From: an uncultured virus (IMG/VR IMGVR_UViG_3300038441_002670)
Taxonomy: Duplodnaviria; Heunggongvirae; Uroviricota; Caudoviricetes
Length of the DNA: 64,000 nucleotides
IMG/VR virus record: IMGVR_UViG_3300038441_002670
Strand: one strand, 5' to 3'
Under the pieces are notes generated by a model, which saw only the letters and a program-made list of their open reading frames with translations, had not been told where the DNA came from and ran no database searches. Made by a program: the position numbers and the translations under genes. Below are positions 38,846 through 48,092 of this stretch, piece by piece. How positions within the stretch are numbered: position 1 is the stretch's first letter; every line of letters starts with the position of its first letter.

Positions 38846-39376
38846 ATGGCTACCTCTCAGCTTACCCTATTTCCTAAGCCACTTCTACGCGAGAAACGTT
38901 GTTGTACTTGCAAGGTATGGTTGCCGCTAGAGAAATTTGGCCGCAACAAAGCACGACCAGACGGACTTCAGGACTACTGCGCAATCTGTCACAGGGCCGC
39001 AGTGAAGCGCTACTATGACAAGACTCCAGGGGCGAAAGAGCGTGCCAAAGCCGTTTCGGCTGCGTGGAATAAAGCGAATTACGAACGAAGAAAGCGTATA
39101 GAGCTTCGGAGCAAACTTAAAGAAAAAGGTTTGACGATGGAGCAGTACGACGAAGCCATAATTCGTCAAGAAGGTGGTTGTGGGATTTGTGGCGAAAAGG
39201 AAAATCGCCATACACTTCAGACACGTCTTGTTATTGACCATGATCACGTCACCGGGAAATTTCGGGGTTTGCTCTGCCATAACTGCAACGTGTCTCTAGG
39301 TCTTATGCGTGACAATATTGAGCTACTAGAGCGAGCCATTGCCTATCTCAAAGTATCGCAGGAGAGTCCCTTATGA
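38846..39376 (+). CDS. endonuclease VII-like HNH protein
   Basis: CGIC, LVIDHDHVTGKFRGLLCHNCN.LG. Confidence 0.92.
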   Translation: MATSQLTLFPKPLLREKRCCTCKVWLPLEKFGRNKARPDGLQDYCAICHRAAVKRYYDKTPGAKERAKAVSAAWNKANYERRKRIELRSKLKEKGLTMEQYDEAIIRQEGGCGICGEKENRHTLQTRLVIDHDHVTGKFRGLLCHNCNVSLGLMRDNIELLERAIAYLKVSQESPL

Positions 39377-40320
39377 TGAGACGCCTCCTCTTCCCCCTAC
39401 TGTTCCTGGTCGCTTTGTGCGTCCCGGCCCTGGCCCAGCAGCCCGATACGCGGCCCCATCCGAGCAATCTGCGCTTCAACAAGCTGCGCATTGGGAGCCT
39501 CGTCAACTGCGGGACCAATACCTTCGTGACCGGCTTCGATCCGCGCACGAGTGCGCCGGTGTGTGTCGCCCTGTCGCTCAGTATGCTCACCGATGCCAGT
39601 AATGTCGTGACGACCACGGGCGTGCAAAAGGTGTCGGGGAAGCAGAACGTGCCCCGCGTGGTGCCACTGACTATTGTTGGGACGACCCCCGCGACCGTGA
39701 CCCTCAACTGTGATACGACGGACATTGGTACCCTCGATGCGATTGCCTCGGATATCACCATTGGGGTGCCGACGTGCAGCGGCACAAATCCAGAAGGGGA
39801 ACAAGAAATTGAGTACCGTTTCCGCTCCTCAACCCCACGTATTATCACATGGAACGCAGTCTTTTGCGAAGAAAATAATGTACCCCTCCTCGCCCAGACC
39901 ACGGGCGACGGCGTGAAATTTAACCGCATCAAGTTCCGCCGGAACAGCCTGAGTGCATGCTGGGGGGTCGTGGCAAACCCGAGTGCACTGGCCCGGGGGA
40001 TCACGACGGTGCCAAGCAGTGCGACCTATGCTTGTGACCCCAGGATAGCAGAGAGTTGTGAGATGCAGAACACCCTGACGGCTGGTACGGGGGTCACCCT
40101 GGCGATTGCGGCAGGCACGTATGCCAACGGGACGAAGGTGCTTTTCCGCATCCGGTGTACTGGAACACAAGCGCTCACCCTGCCTACAGGCACGTTTTTG
40201 GGCTCTGCCACGGTGCCGCTGACCGGCATGACGTGTACGTCGAATAGCTACTGGACCCAGCTCGGGTTTATCTTTTCAGGAATCGATAACCGATGGCAAA
40301 TCCATGCGTTCGCAAACTAA
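39373..40320 (+). CDS. signal-peptide, Cys-rich fibre-like protein
   Basis: MMRRLLFPLLFLVALCVPALA|Q; two similar beta modules. Confidence 0.72.
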   Translation: MMRRLLFPLLFLVALCVPALAQQPDTRPHPSNLRFNKLRIGSLVNCGTNTFVTGFDPRTSAPVCVALSLSMLTDASNVVTTTGVQKVSGKQNVPRVVPLTIVGTTPATVTLNCDTTDIGTLDAIASDITIGVPTCSGTNPEGEQEIEYRFRSSTPRIITWNAVFCEENNVPLLAQTTGDGVKFNRIKFRRNSLSACWGVVANPSALARGITTVPSSATYACDPRIAESCEMQNTLTAGTGVTLAIAAGTYANGTKVLFRIRCTGTQALTLPTGTFLGSATVPLTGMTCTSNSYWTQLGFIFSGIDNRWQIHAFAN

Positions 40321-40347
40321 TTTTTCTCTCTCTCTATAAAGGGTAGT

Positions 40348-40860
40348 ATGGTGAGACAACGCCTGGCAGTCGCTCTGCTTCTCTGTGTCCTGGTGGCCAT
40401 GCCAGCGCTGAGTCTGGCCGCCACCTTTGTATGGCTCCGTGGCGCCGCCCAGGTCTGGCTGACCAACAGCACCAACGTTGCTAGTGGCAGCAGTATCCTC
40501 TCGGCGGCCATTACGCTGACCAGTGCCAACTATACGCGGGCTGATTGTGAGCTGAACGTGCCGGCATGGAGTACGACCGTCACAGCGAATACCGCGGTAG
40601 TGGTCTGGCTGATACGCTCAGTGGATGCGACGCCAAATTACGAGGACGGGGCAGCCGGGACGGACCCTGCCCGGACACCCGACATGGTCTTTCCGCTGCG
40701 GGCCGTGAATCTACCGCAACGCATCATTATGCCGAACATTGAACTCCCACGTGGCTTGTTCAAAGCCCTCGTCAAAAATGATGGCACCGGCGCCAGCATG
40801 AACGGTGCGACAACTGCGTGGACATTAACGTGTACACCTTATATTTTACAATCGCTCTAA
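40348..40860 (+). CDS. signal-peptide beta-rich protein
   Basis: MVRQRLAVALLLCVLVAMPALSLA|A; NYED motif. Confidence 0.7.
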   Translation: MVRQRLAVALLLCVLVAMPALSLAATFVWLRGAAQVWLTNSTNVASGSSILSAAITLTSANYTRADCELNVPAWSTTVTANTAVVVWLIRSVDATPNYEDGAAGTDPARTPDMVFPLRAVNLPQRIIMPNIELPRGLFKALVKNDGTGASMNGATTAWTLTCTPYILQSL

Positions 40861-41690
40861 GCCTCCTGCTGCTGGTGACGCCCGCCGAGAGCCAGCGCGC
40901 CGTGGACCGCACGGCCCCCTTCGCGCAGGGCCTCGTCGCCTGGTGGCGCGTCCTGCCCGGCGTCAGTGGGGCGCCGCGGTGGTATGACCTGCTCGGGCGT
41001 TTCAACGCGACACTGACGAACATGGCGGCGGCGGGCACGAGCGGCTGGGGGGCGACGACGCGAGCCGGGGGCCAGGGCGAGGTGCGCTTTGACGGTACCA
41101 ACGATTACGCCGTCACGCCATCGAGTGCCCTGCTCTATCCGCCCGCCTTTACGCTGACCCTCTGGCTGCGCCGGAGCGCCACCGGGAGCGATTATCAACG
41201 GGTGCTGTCGCATCCTGACGGCGGTTCACGGCACCTCTACGTGCGCGCCGCAGGCACGATCAGTACCAGCGTCCTGGTCTCGGCAGGTGGCGGGACGAGT
41301 ATCGGCCATGACAACGAGGGGGGACCGATTACCGTGGGCACCTGGTACTTCCTCTCCATGTCGTATGACAACGTCGTGGGCTTTGCCTTCGCCCGCAACT
41401 GTGTGCAGCAATTCGCCGATGCCCAGAACGGGACGGCCTTCGGTCTCACGAACGTCGTGCTGTTTGGGGCCAATAGTGACGGGTCGGTGGACCGGCTCAC
41501 GGGTGCCATGGATGATGTGCGGCTCTACAACCGGGTGCTCCCGACGCGGGACCTCTGTGCGCTCATGCGTGCCTCTAGCCAGGGCGATCCGCGCCTGCTG
41601 CCCCCCACGCTCCTCACCGGGCTGCTGGCACCGGGCGGGCCAGCCGGGGCGCTGGGGCAATTCTTTCCCTTTTTTACCCAACCACAATGA
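40818..41690 (+). CDS. signal-peptide LamG domain protein
   Basis: Hydrophobic N-terminus; GLVAWW, FDGTNDY, FTLTLW, GAMDDVRLYNRVL. Confidence 0.82.
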   Translation: MDINVYTLYFTIALSLLLLVTPAESQRAVDRTAPFAQGLVAWWRVLPGVSGAPRWYDLLGRFNATLTNMAAAGTSGWGATTRAGGQGEVRFDGTNDYAVTPSSALLYPPAFTLTLWLRRSATGSDYQRVLSHPDGGSRHLYVRAAGTISTSVLVSAGGGTSIGHDNEGGPITVGTWYFLSMSYDNVVGFAFARNCVQQFADAQNGTAFGLTNVVLFGANSDGSVDRLTGAMDDVRLYNRVLPTRDLCALMRASSQGDPRLLPPTLLTGLLAPGGPAGALGQFFPFFTQPQ

Positions 41691-41698
41691 GGTGTGTG

Positions 41699-44176
41699 AT
41701 GATCCGCCGTCTACTCCCGCTCGCCCTACTCGTGCTGCTCCTTCCGTGTCTCGCCCAGGCGGTGACGCGCTATGTCTCGACCAGTGGCAATGATAGCTTT
41801 AGTTGCGATGACTCGCGCGATATTGCCAAGCCCAAACGCAACCTCCGTGGCATGAGTGGTGCCCTGCGGTGTATAGGCCCGGGTGATACCCTGTATATCC
41901 GCGCAGGGACCTACATAGATCATATCCTCTCCGTCGCCGGAGGTGATCCCGCTGAGACGTTTATCCTCCCGAGTGGTGGGGGAAGTTGGGCGACCGCGAC
42001 CACCATTGCTGGGTATCCTGGCGATGCGAGACCAGTGATTCAGGCGGTGAATGATGCCCACAAGGGGACCATTAAACTCACGGATAATGTCCCCCATCAG
42101 TGGATACTCATTAATCATATCGACTTTAATGGCGGTGGATATGCAGAGGCGCAATTCCAAGGGAATAACGACCAGGGCATCCTCAACAATGCGAGCCAGC
42201 CCTTTCGTGGGATCTCACACCTCCGTGTCACGGATGCTATTTTTCGCAATAGTTTCCATACCTGTGTTGGTGGCGGCGGGAGTGATGTCCAATTCATCAA
42301 CAATGAAATCCATAGTTGTCCCACAGAGGCCCCAGGAGAAGGATATGCGTTTTATTTCCCCTGTATTGGGTGCCTCTGGGAAAATAATGTTATCCATGAC
42401 ACGGCTGGCTACGGCATTCATGAGTATGAAACAAGCATGCCTGCGGGTTTGGATAATAACATTATCCGTAACAATCGCTTTTATAATATTGGCCTGAGTG
42501 GTAACACCTCTTTTGCGATTATCATGGCAAAGGGAAGTAATAACCAAGCCTATAATAACCTCATTTATAATGGTCAGTCCGGGATTCAAGTCGGGTATGA
42601 ATGTACAAGTTGTAAATATTACAATAACACCATTGTGAATAACACCGCGACTGGGATGGAGATGCGGCAGGACCATGGTGGTGATGGTTTTATCCGCAAT
42701 AATATTGTCTACAACAACCATCCGAACTTTTATGAAGGCAATAACTTTAGTAGTGGCGCTTATGTGCGGCAGAATAATCTCTGTAATAGCACAGATAGCC
42801 ACTGCGACCACAGCGGCAATCCCGACTTTGTCGATGCGGGCACGGGTAATCTGCGGCTCAACGCGGGCAGCGCGGCCCGCAACCAGGGGATCAGCGTGTC
42901 GGTGTCCACGGCTCCGGGTGCATCGCTGACCCCACTCAATACGTCCTTTTATGGCGTCGCGCGCCCACAAGGGAGTACATGGGACATTGGTGCCGCCGAG
43001 TATGAGGAAGGCGGGGGCACCCCCGTCTCTGGCAACCCCATCTATGTGGCCGCGACTGGGGGCACGCCGACCACCGACTGCACCACGGCGGAGAACCAGG
43101 CGACGCCCATCCGCACGATTACCCAGGGGCTCACCTGCATGACGGTGCCGGGCAAGACCATGTTTATCAAGGCTGGCACCTATAGTGAAGCGATCGACAC
43201 GGGGGCACAGCCCATTGTCGGCGGGAATGGGCCGTCGTATAGTAACGCCACCACGATTGAGGGCTTTGGCAGCGATGTCGTCACCATTCAACTCCCGGTC
43301 GGCGGCTTCTTGCCGCTCTACTTGAACAATGGCGCGAATGACAAATACATGGTGTTTCGTAAACTGATCTTTGATGCGGCTGGGCGTGCGTTCAGCAATG
43401 GCATCGGCTTCGGCGCGGGCGGGCATCATCTCCGCTTTGAGCAAGTCGAGGTCAAAAATAGCGTCTTTGAGGCCGTCTACGTCTTCAACGCCAGTAATAT
43501 CGAGTTGGTGCAAGCGAACATCCACGACGCCGGGGCGGTGGCGGTGCAGCTCGACGGCACGCTTGACGGCTTTCTGTGTCAGCACTGCGCCCTCTACGAT
43601 TCCGCTGGCGGCCTCAACTGGAATAATGCCGGGGCAAAAGGGAACATTGTCATCCGCGAGAGTATCCTGCAAAACCTCTCGGCGGACGCCCTCGACGCGG
43701 GCACGAGTACCGGGGCGATCGTGCAAAACTCCATCATCACGGACAATACCGCAGGCGGCGTGCGGGTGCGCGCCGGAGCCAGCGGCATGAAGGTCTACAA
43801 CACTACCATTGCCAATAATGGCGGCGTGGGCCTCCAGTGTGATACGCTGGCGAGCGGGGTGGAGTTCATCAATGATATCAGTTGGAACAATACGGGCGGG
43901 AATCTGGTCGTCAACTGCGGGATCACCCCGACGACCACCACCACGACGGACCCGCTGTTTGCGGTCGGCACCTATCAACTGGCGGATGGCTCCACGGCCA
44001 TTGATTCAGGCACCAATATCCCCAGCCTGACGGTCGATTACGCGGGGAACGCACGCCAGCAGGGCCAGCAGGACCGAGGGGCCTATGAACGCCTCGGCGT
44101 CACACCCCCGGTCGTCCCTGGCCCCGACGTCACCACACGCCCGCCGGCATTGTTCCAGGCGGAGATGTTTTTCTGA
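41699..44176 (+). CDS. signal-peptide protein with two right-handed beta-helix (pectate-lyase-like) modules
   Basis: MIRRLLPLALLVLLLPCLAQA|V; YVSTSGND, PGDTLYIRAGTY, NN-ladder repeats, DIGAAEY. Confidence 0.85.
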   Translation: MIRRLLPLALLVLLLPCLAQAVTRYVSTSGNDSFSCDDSRDIAKPKRNLRGMSGALRCIGPGDTLYIRAGTYIDHILSVAGGDPAETFILPSGGGSWATATTIAGYPGDARPVIQAVNDAHKGTIKLTDNVPHQWILINHIDFNGGGYAEAQFQGNNDQGILNNASQPFRGISHLRVTDAIFRNSFHTCVGGGGSDVQFINNEIHSCPTEAPGEGYAFYFPCIGCLWENNVIHDTAGYGIHEYETSMPAGLDNNIIRNNRFYNIGLSGNTSFAIIMAKGSNNQAYNNLIYNGQSGIQVGYECTSCKYYNNTIVNNTATGMEMRQDHGGDGFIRNNIVYNNHPNFYEGNNFSSGAYVRQNNLCNSTDSHCDHSGNPDFVDAGTGNLRLNAGSAARNQGISVSVSTAPGASLTPLNTSFYGVARPQGSTWDIGAAEYEEGGGTPVSGNPIYVAATGGTPTTDCTTAENQATPIRTITQGLTCMTVPGKTMFIKAGTYSEAIDTGAQPIVGGNGPSYSNATTIEGFGSDVVTIQLPVGGFLPLYLNNGANDKYMVFRKLIFDAAGRAFSNGIGFGAGGHHLRFEQVEVKNSVFEAVYVFNASNIELVQANIHDAGAVAVQLDGTLDGFLCQHCALYDSAGGLNWNNAGAKGNIVIRESILQNLSADALDAGTSTGAIVQNSIITDNTAGGVRVRAGASGMKVYNTTIANNGGVGLQCDTLASGVEFINDISWNNTGGNLVVNCGITPTTTTTTDPLFAVGTYQLADGSTAIDSGTNIPSLTVDYAGNARQQGQQDRGAYERLGVTPPVVPGPDVTTRPPALFQAEMFF

Positions 44177-44187
44177 GGAGAGTCTCT

Positions 44188-46380
44188 ATGCACTACTGGT
44201 TCCTCATTGTCCTGTTCCTTGCCTCCTCTGTGCAGGCCGCCACGCGCTATGTGAGTCCGCAGGGGAGCAATGGCCGCAGTTGTGAGGCGTCCACCAACCC
44301 TGACCAGCCCAAGCAGAGTCTGAACGGTGCCCAGGGCGCCATCGCCTGTATGCGCTCAGGCGATACGCTCCTCCTTCGGGGAGGCACCTACCGCGAGGCC
44401 CTCGTCATTCCCACCGGCGGGCTGCCCAATGGCGGTGGGAGTTGGGACAGAGCGACCACCATCGCCGGGGTTGCGGGGGAACGCGCCATCCTGCGCCCAC
44501 CCTCCGGCACCTTTACCTCAACCACGCTCAGTCTGGGCACCGGGGGCGGCTTTGCCTGGATGATTTTTGAAAACTTGGAGATGGACGGCACGGATATGGG
44601 GAGTTGTTCTGGGTGTGGGCAAAACGTCATGCTGGGCGGCGACTCGCACCACATTCGGATCAAAGATTGTGATATCCACCACGCCCCAAGCCATAACCTT
44701 TTTGGCGGCGGTGCATTCCACGAATTCCTCGGCAACCGGGTCCACGATGCCAGAGGCTATGGCTGGTACTTTTCCGGCAACCACGCCGTCTTTGATGGCA
44801 ATGACATCTTCTTCATGGGCGGCTATGGCCTCCACATCTATAACACGGGGGCCAACGACGTCAGCGACAATGTGATTAGCAATAACCGGGTGCATGACAA
44901 CGGTTACGGCAAATACCAGGACCCCCCACGCGGCGGCAATGGCATGCTGGTCTCGCATGGCAGTAATAACGTGGTCGTCAACAACCTCATTTACAACAAC
45001 AATCAGGGGGTAGAGATCGACCATCATTGCACCGACTGTCGCTACTACCACAACACCATCGTGGGCAATACCGGGGCCGGGGTCGCGCTCGGCGTGCAGT
45101 ATCCCCAGAGCTTGCCGGGCCTCATCTTCGAGAATAACCTGGTGGCCGACAACGGCCAGAACTTCTACGATCCGAACCAGGTCCCCGGCACCTACAGCCA
45201 TACCCTCTGCTCTCGCGCTGGCGTGCACTGTGACCTCGTGGGGAATCCGGCCTTTGTGGCGGCGGCGGTGGGCAATTTTCGCCTCCTGGCGATCAGTGAC
45301 GCCCGCAACGCGGGCAAGACAATCGACAGTGTGCGCTCCTCCTTTTGGAATGTGCCACGGTCCAACCGTGCGTATGACATCGGGGCCGATGAATTCGAGG
45401 AAGAGGACGAGACCCCCGGGCCTGTCACGGGCAACGCCATCTATGTGCGGACGCCCGCCAGGGGAGGCAACGACGCCAACGATTGTGCGGCGGCTGAGAA
45501 CCCCGCCACGGCCAAGGCGACTATAACTAGTGCGCTGGGCTGTATGACCGTCGCAGGCAAAGTCCTCCGGATCGAGGCCGGGACGTACGTGGAGGAAATC
45601 GATACCGCCAAGACGCCCATTACCGGCGGCACGGCAGAGGCGATGACGCGCATCGAGGGCTATGGGACAGGGGCCGCCATTCTCCAGTCGCCAGCGGGGG
45701 GCAATGCCACGCTCTGGCTGCACGCTGCCACCGATCGCTATATCCACTTCAAGCGGCTCATCATCGACGGGGCGAACCGCACGTTTAACACGCTCGCCCT
45801 CTTCGGCACGACCCAGCATGTACGTTTTGAGCAGGTGGAGGTCAAAAACGTGGCGCACGCCAATGAGGGCGTCTACGTGCTCGGCGCCGACCATGTGGAA
45901 CTCATCGACGTGTTTGTCCACGACACCGGCTCCCATGCTCTGCGGCTGGAAGGGGATATTGACACCTTTGTGTGCGAGCGCTGTCACCTGTATAACGCCA
46001 AAACGACCGGCTTGTCGATTGACGCCACCGGCACCAAGAAGGCAATCAGTTTCCGCAACAGCGAGGTACGGAACAACGGCGGGGATGCGGTGGACTTGGG
46101 CAGTGGCGCGGGGACGCAGATCGATCATTTATTGGCTCAAGGCAACGGCAGTATGGGTGTGCGTATCCGCACGGGTGCCCGTGGTGTGAGCCTGAACACC
46201 AGCACCATCTATAGCAACGTCGGCAACGGCGTGCAGTGTGACGCGGGGGCCAGCGACGTCGTGCTGCGCGAGAACATCATCTATGGCAATGCCGGGGGTG
46301 GAGCCAACAACATTGTCAACAACTGTGGTGCGACGGTCGAGGCCACGGTCGAGCGGTCCCCGTCGGCGCGCATGGAGTAG
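44188..46380 (+). CDS. signal-peptide protein with two beta-helix modules, paralog of the upstream gene
   Basis: MHYWFLIVLFLASSVQA|A; GDTLLLRGGTY, DIGADEF. Confidence 0.85.
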   Translation: MHYWFLIVLFLASSVQAATRYVSPQGSNGRSCEASTNPDQPKQSLNGAQGAIACMRSGDTLLLRGGTYREALVIPTGGLPNGGGSWDRATTIAGVAGERAILRPPSGTFTSTTLSLGTGGGFAWMIFENLEMDGTDMGSCSGCGQNVMLGGDSHHIRIKDCDIHHAPSHNLFGGGAFHEFLGNRVHDARGYGWYFSGNHAVFDGNDIFFMGGYGLHIYNTGANDVSDNVISNNRVHDNGYGKYQDPPRGGNGMLVSHGSNNVVVNNLIYNNNQGVEIDHHCTDCRYYHNTIVGNTGAGVALGVQYPQSLPGLIFENNLVADNGQNFYDPNQVPGTYSHTLCSRAGVHCDLVGNPAFVAAAVGNFRLLAISDARNAGKTIDSVRSSFWNVPRSNRAYDIGADEFEEEDETPGPVTGNAIYVRTPARGGNDANDCAAAENPATAKATITSALGCMTVAGKVLRIEAGTYVEEIDTAKTPITGGTAEAMTRIEGYGTGAAILQSPAGGNATLWLHAATDRYIHFKRLIIDGANRTFNTLALFGTTQHVRFEQVEVKNVAHANEGVYVLGADHVELIDVFVHDTGSHALRLEGDIDTFVCERCHLYNAKTTGLSIDATGTKKAISFRNSEVRNNGGDAVDLGSGAGTQIDHLLAQGNGSMGVRIRTGARGVSLNTSTIYSNVGNGVQCDAGASDVVLRENIIYGNAGGGANNIVNNCGATVEATVERSPSARME

Positions 46381-46395
46381 GACAGAGGAGCGGGT

Positions 46396-46899
46396 GTGGC
46401 TGACGAGGTGCAAGTACAGAGTCAGGGTCCGGGTGGCAACGGGTTCAGCGTGGACCTCAAGCAGCGCTCCTTGGGCATTACGGGCCCTATCGTCATCCCC
46501 GTAGTGACGCTCCTCCTCGTGGGCGCCCTCGGGTGGATACGTTCGCGGGATCTCAAGGACAGCCTAGAGGCCACGAACACCCACCTGCAACAGCTCTATG
46601 ACCGGCAGGATCGCTTCCGCCAGGAGCTCCAAACGTTGTTCTTGACGCAAGTGGATCAACTGCGCGCCCTGCACCTGGCCCACAAGGAACTGCTCGCCCA
46701 GCAGCACACAGAGACGCTGGAGCGGCTGCGCGAGAACCGCGACGTCACTGGGGCCAAACTCGATGAGCAAAACAAGCTCCTGGGTGAGCAGACGAAGGAA
46801 GTGCGCCAGCACCACGCCATCATCATCTGGAACCAGCGCCACGATCCGGGCGAGCAGCTCATCCTCGACCTGCCCATTCCCCCCGAGCGCCCACGCTAG
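46396..46899 (+). CDS. single-TM coiled-coil protein (holin/spanin-like)
   Basis: One TM segment followed by a coiled coil. Confidence 0.55.
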   Translation: MADEVQVQSQGPGGNGFSVDLKQRSLGITGPIVIPVVTLLLVGALGWIRSRDLKDSLEATNTHLQQLYDRQDRFRQELQTLFLTQVDQLRALHLAHKELLAQQHTETLERLRENRDVTGAKLDEQNKLLGEQTKEVRQHHAIIIWNQRHDPGEQLILDLPIPPERPR

Positions 46900-46919
46900 G
46901 GCACGCAAGGCGAGAATCT

Positions 46920-47360
46920 ATGGCCGAGCCGAACAATCACGCCGAATTAAAAGGGTCCATTGCGGGGCAGTCGTTTTCGCTGAATACGAAAGAGATTATC
47001 CCCGTGCTACTCTTGCTAGGGGGCATCATCGGCGGCTACCTCATCTTCGTGGCTCTCGACCACCGTATTACCATGCTGATTGACGGCCAGGAGCGGCTCC
47101 TTACGGCGGTCGCGGCCAGTCGTGCCGCGATGGTAGACGCCCTGCACGAGTACCGAAGCTTTATTGTGGAGCAGGTGAACGCCTCGCATCAGCGCCTCGA
47201 CGCACGCGACCAGGACCGCCTCGCACGCCGGGCCAACGACCTCGACGTGATCCAACAAATGTTGCGTATCCATGAGTACAATATGAACCAAGAACCGGAT
47301 AAGCGGCTCCCGCTGGACCTGGCGCCGGGGTCGCTGCCCCACACTGAGCCAAAACGATAA
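46920..47360 (+). CDS. single-TM coiled-coil protein, probable paralog
   Basis: IIPV-TM segment, coiled coil, shared N...P...L.LDL tail. Confidence 0.55.
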   Translation: MAEPNNHAELKGSIAGQSFSLNTKEIIPVLLLLGGIIGGYLIFVALDHRITMLIDGQERLLTAVAASRAAMVDALHEYRSFIVEQVNASHQRLDARDQDRLARRANDLDVIQQMLRIHEYNMNQEPDKRLPLDLAPGSLPHTEPKR

Positions 47361-47383
47361 GGGTCGTGCCACTAGGAGATTCT

Positions 47384-47542
47384 ATGGGATTAATTCTCTT
47401 AGTAATATTAATCGTATTTCTGTTGGGAGGCTTACCCACCTGGGGGTATCATTCATACGGCTATAGACCAGTCGGCATTGTCGGAATCCTGTTAATCGTA
47501 GTCGTAATTCTCTTAGTCCTCGGGTATTTTCCCTTGCGGTGA
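47384..47542 (+). CDS. small two-TM membrane protein (DUF3309-like)
   Basis: Hand translation MGLILLVILIVFLLGGLPTWGYHSYGYRPVGIVGILLIVVVILLVLGYFPLR; AGGAG RBS; absent from the ORF track. Confidence 0.75.
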   Translation: MGLILLVILIVFLLGGLPTWGYHSYGYRPVGIVGILLIVVVILLVLGYFPLR

Positions 47543-47576
47543 TAGGCTCCCGGTCCCAGGTCCCCAGGAGGAACTT

Positions 47577-47744
47577 ATGGATTTGCTCCTGCCCACCCTC
47601 TTAATCGTCCTGCTGTGGGCCAATCTGCCCAGGCGGGGCGCGCACCACGGTGACTCTGGGCGCACGGGCCTGGTCGGGCTATTGTTACTCGTGACCATCG
47701 TGCTCAACGTGCTCCTCGCCTTCGGCTATTTTCCCTGGCGGTGA
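47577..47744 (+). CDS. small two-TM membrane protein, paralog
   Basis: MDLLLPTLLIVLLWANLP...LLAFGYFPWR; AGGAGG RBS. Confidence 0.65.
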   Translation: MDLLLPTLLIVLLWANLPRRGAHHGDSGRTGLVGLLLLVTIVLNVLLAFGYFPWR

Positions 47745-47872
47745 GAGATGCCGTGTTTTTGGTCGCATAGACGAGCCTAGAAGGCACGATCGCCCTCCGG
47801 CCTGACTACCGGGACGCGCGAGGGTGCTCCCCCCTCTTGTTTGCCTTACCCCCCCCCCTTCCCGCGACAGGC

Positions 47873-48079
47873 TCATGGCGTCAGCTCCTCCCGAACCTTG
47901 GCGACAATCGCGTCCACGTCCTCGGTACTCCACAGCCAGTCATACAGCACCGCCCAGAGGGCCGTCGCCCCTTCCTTCGACAGCGTGGTCGTAGACTGCT
48001 GCTCGGCGATCGTGAGGCGCAGGCGCAGCCCGTCTGCGGTGGGCTCCACGGTCAGGTCACCTATGTCTGTGGGTTCCAT
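47873..48079 (-). CDS. hypothetical protein
   Basis: AGGAG RBS. Confidence 0.5.
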   Translation of the reverse strand: MEPTDIGDLTVEPTADGLRLRLTIAEQQSTTTLSKEGATALWAVLYDWLWSTEDVDAIVAKVREELTP

Positions 48080-48092
48080 CGTGGGGCTCCTT

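Noticed and set aside
36251..46380. Diversity-generating retroelement acting on the fibre genes
   Set aside because: No reverse transcriptase and no TR/VR pair differing at adenines was seen
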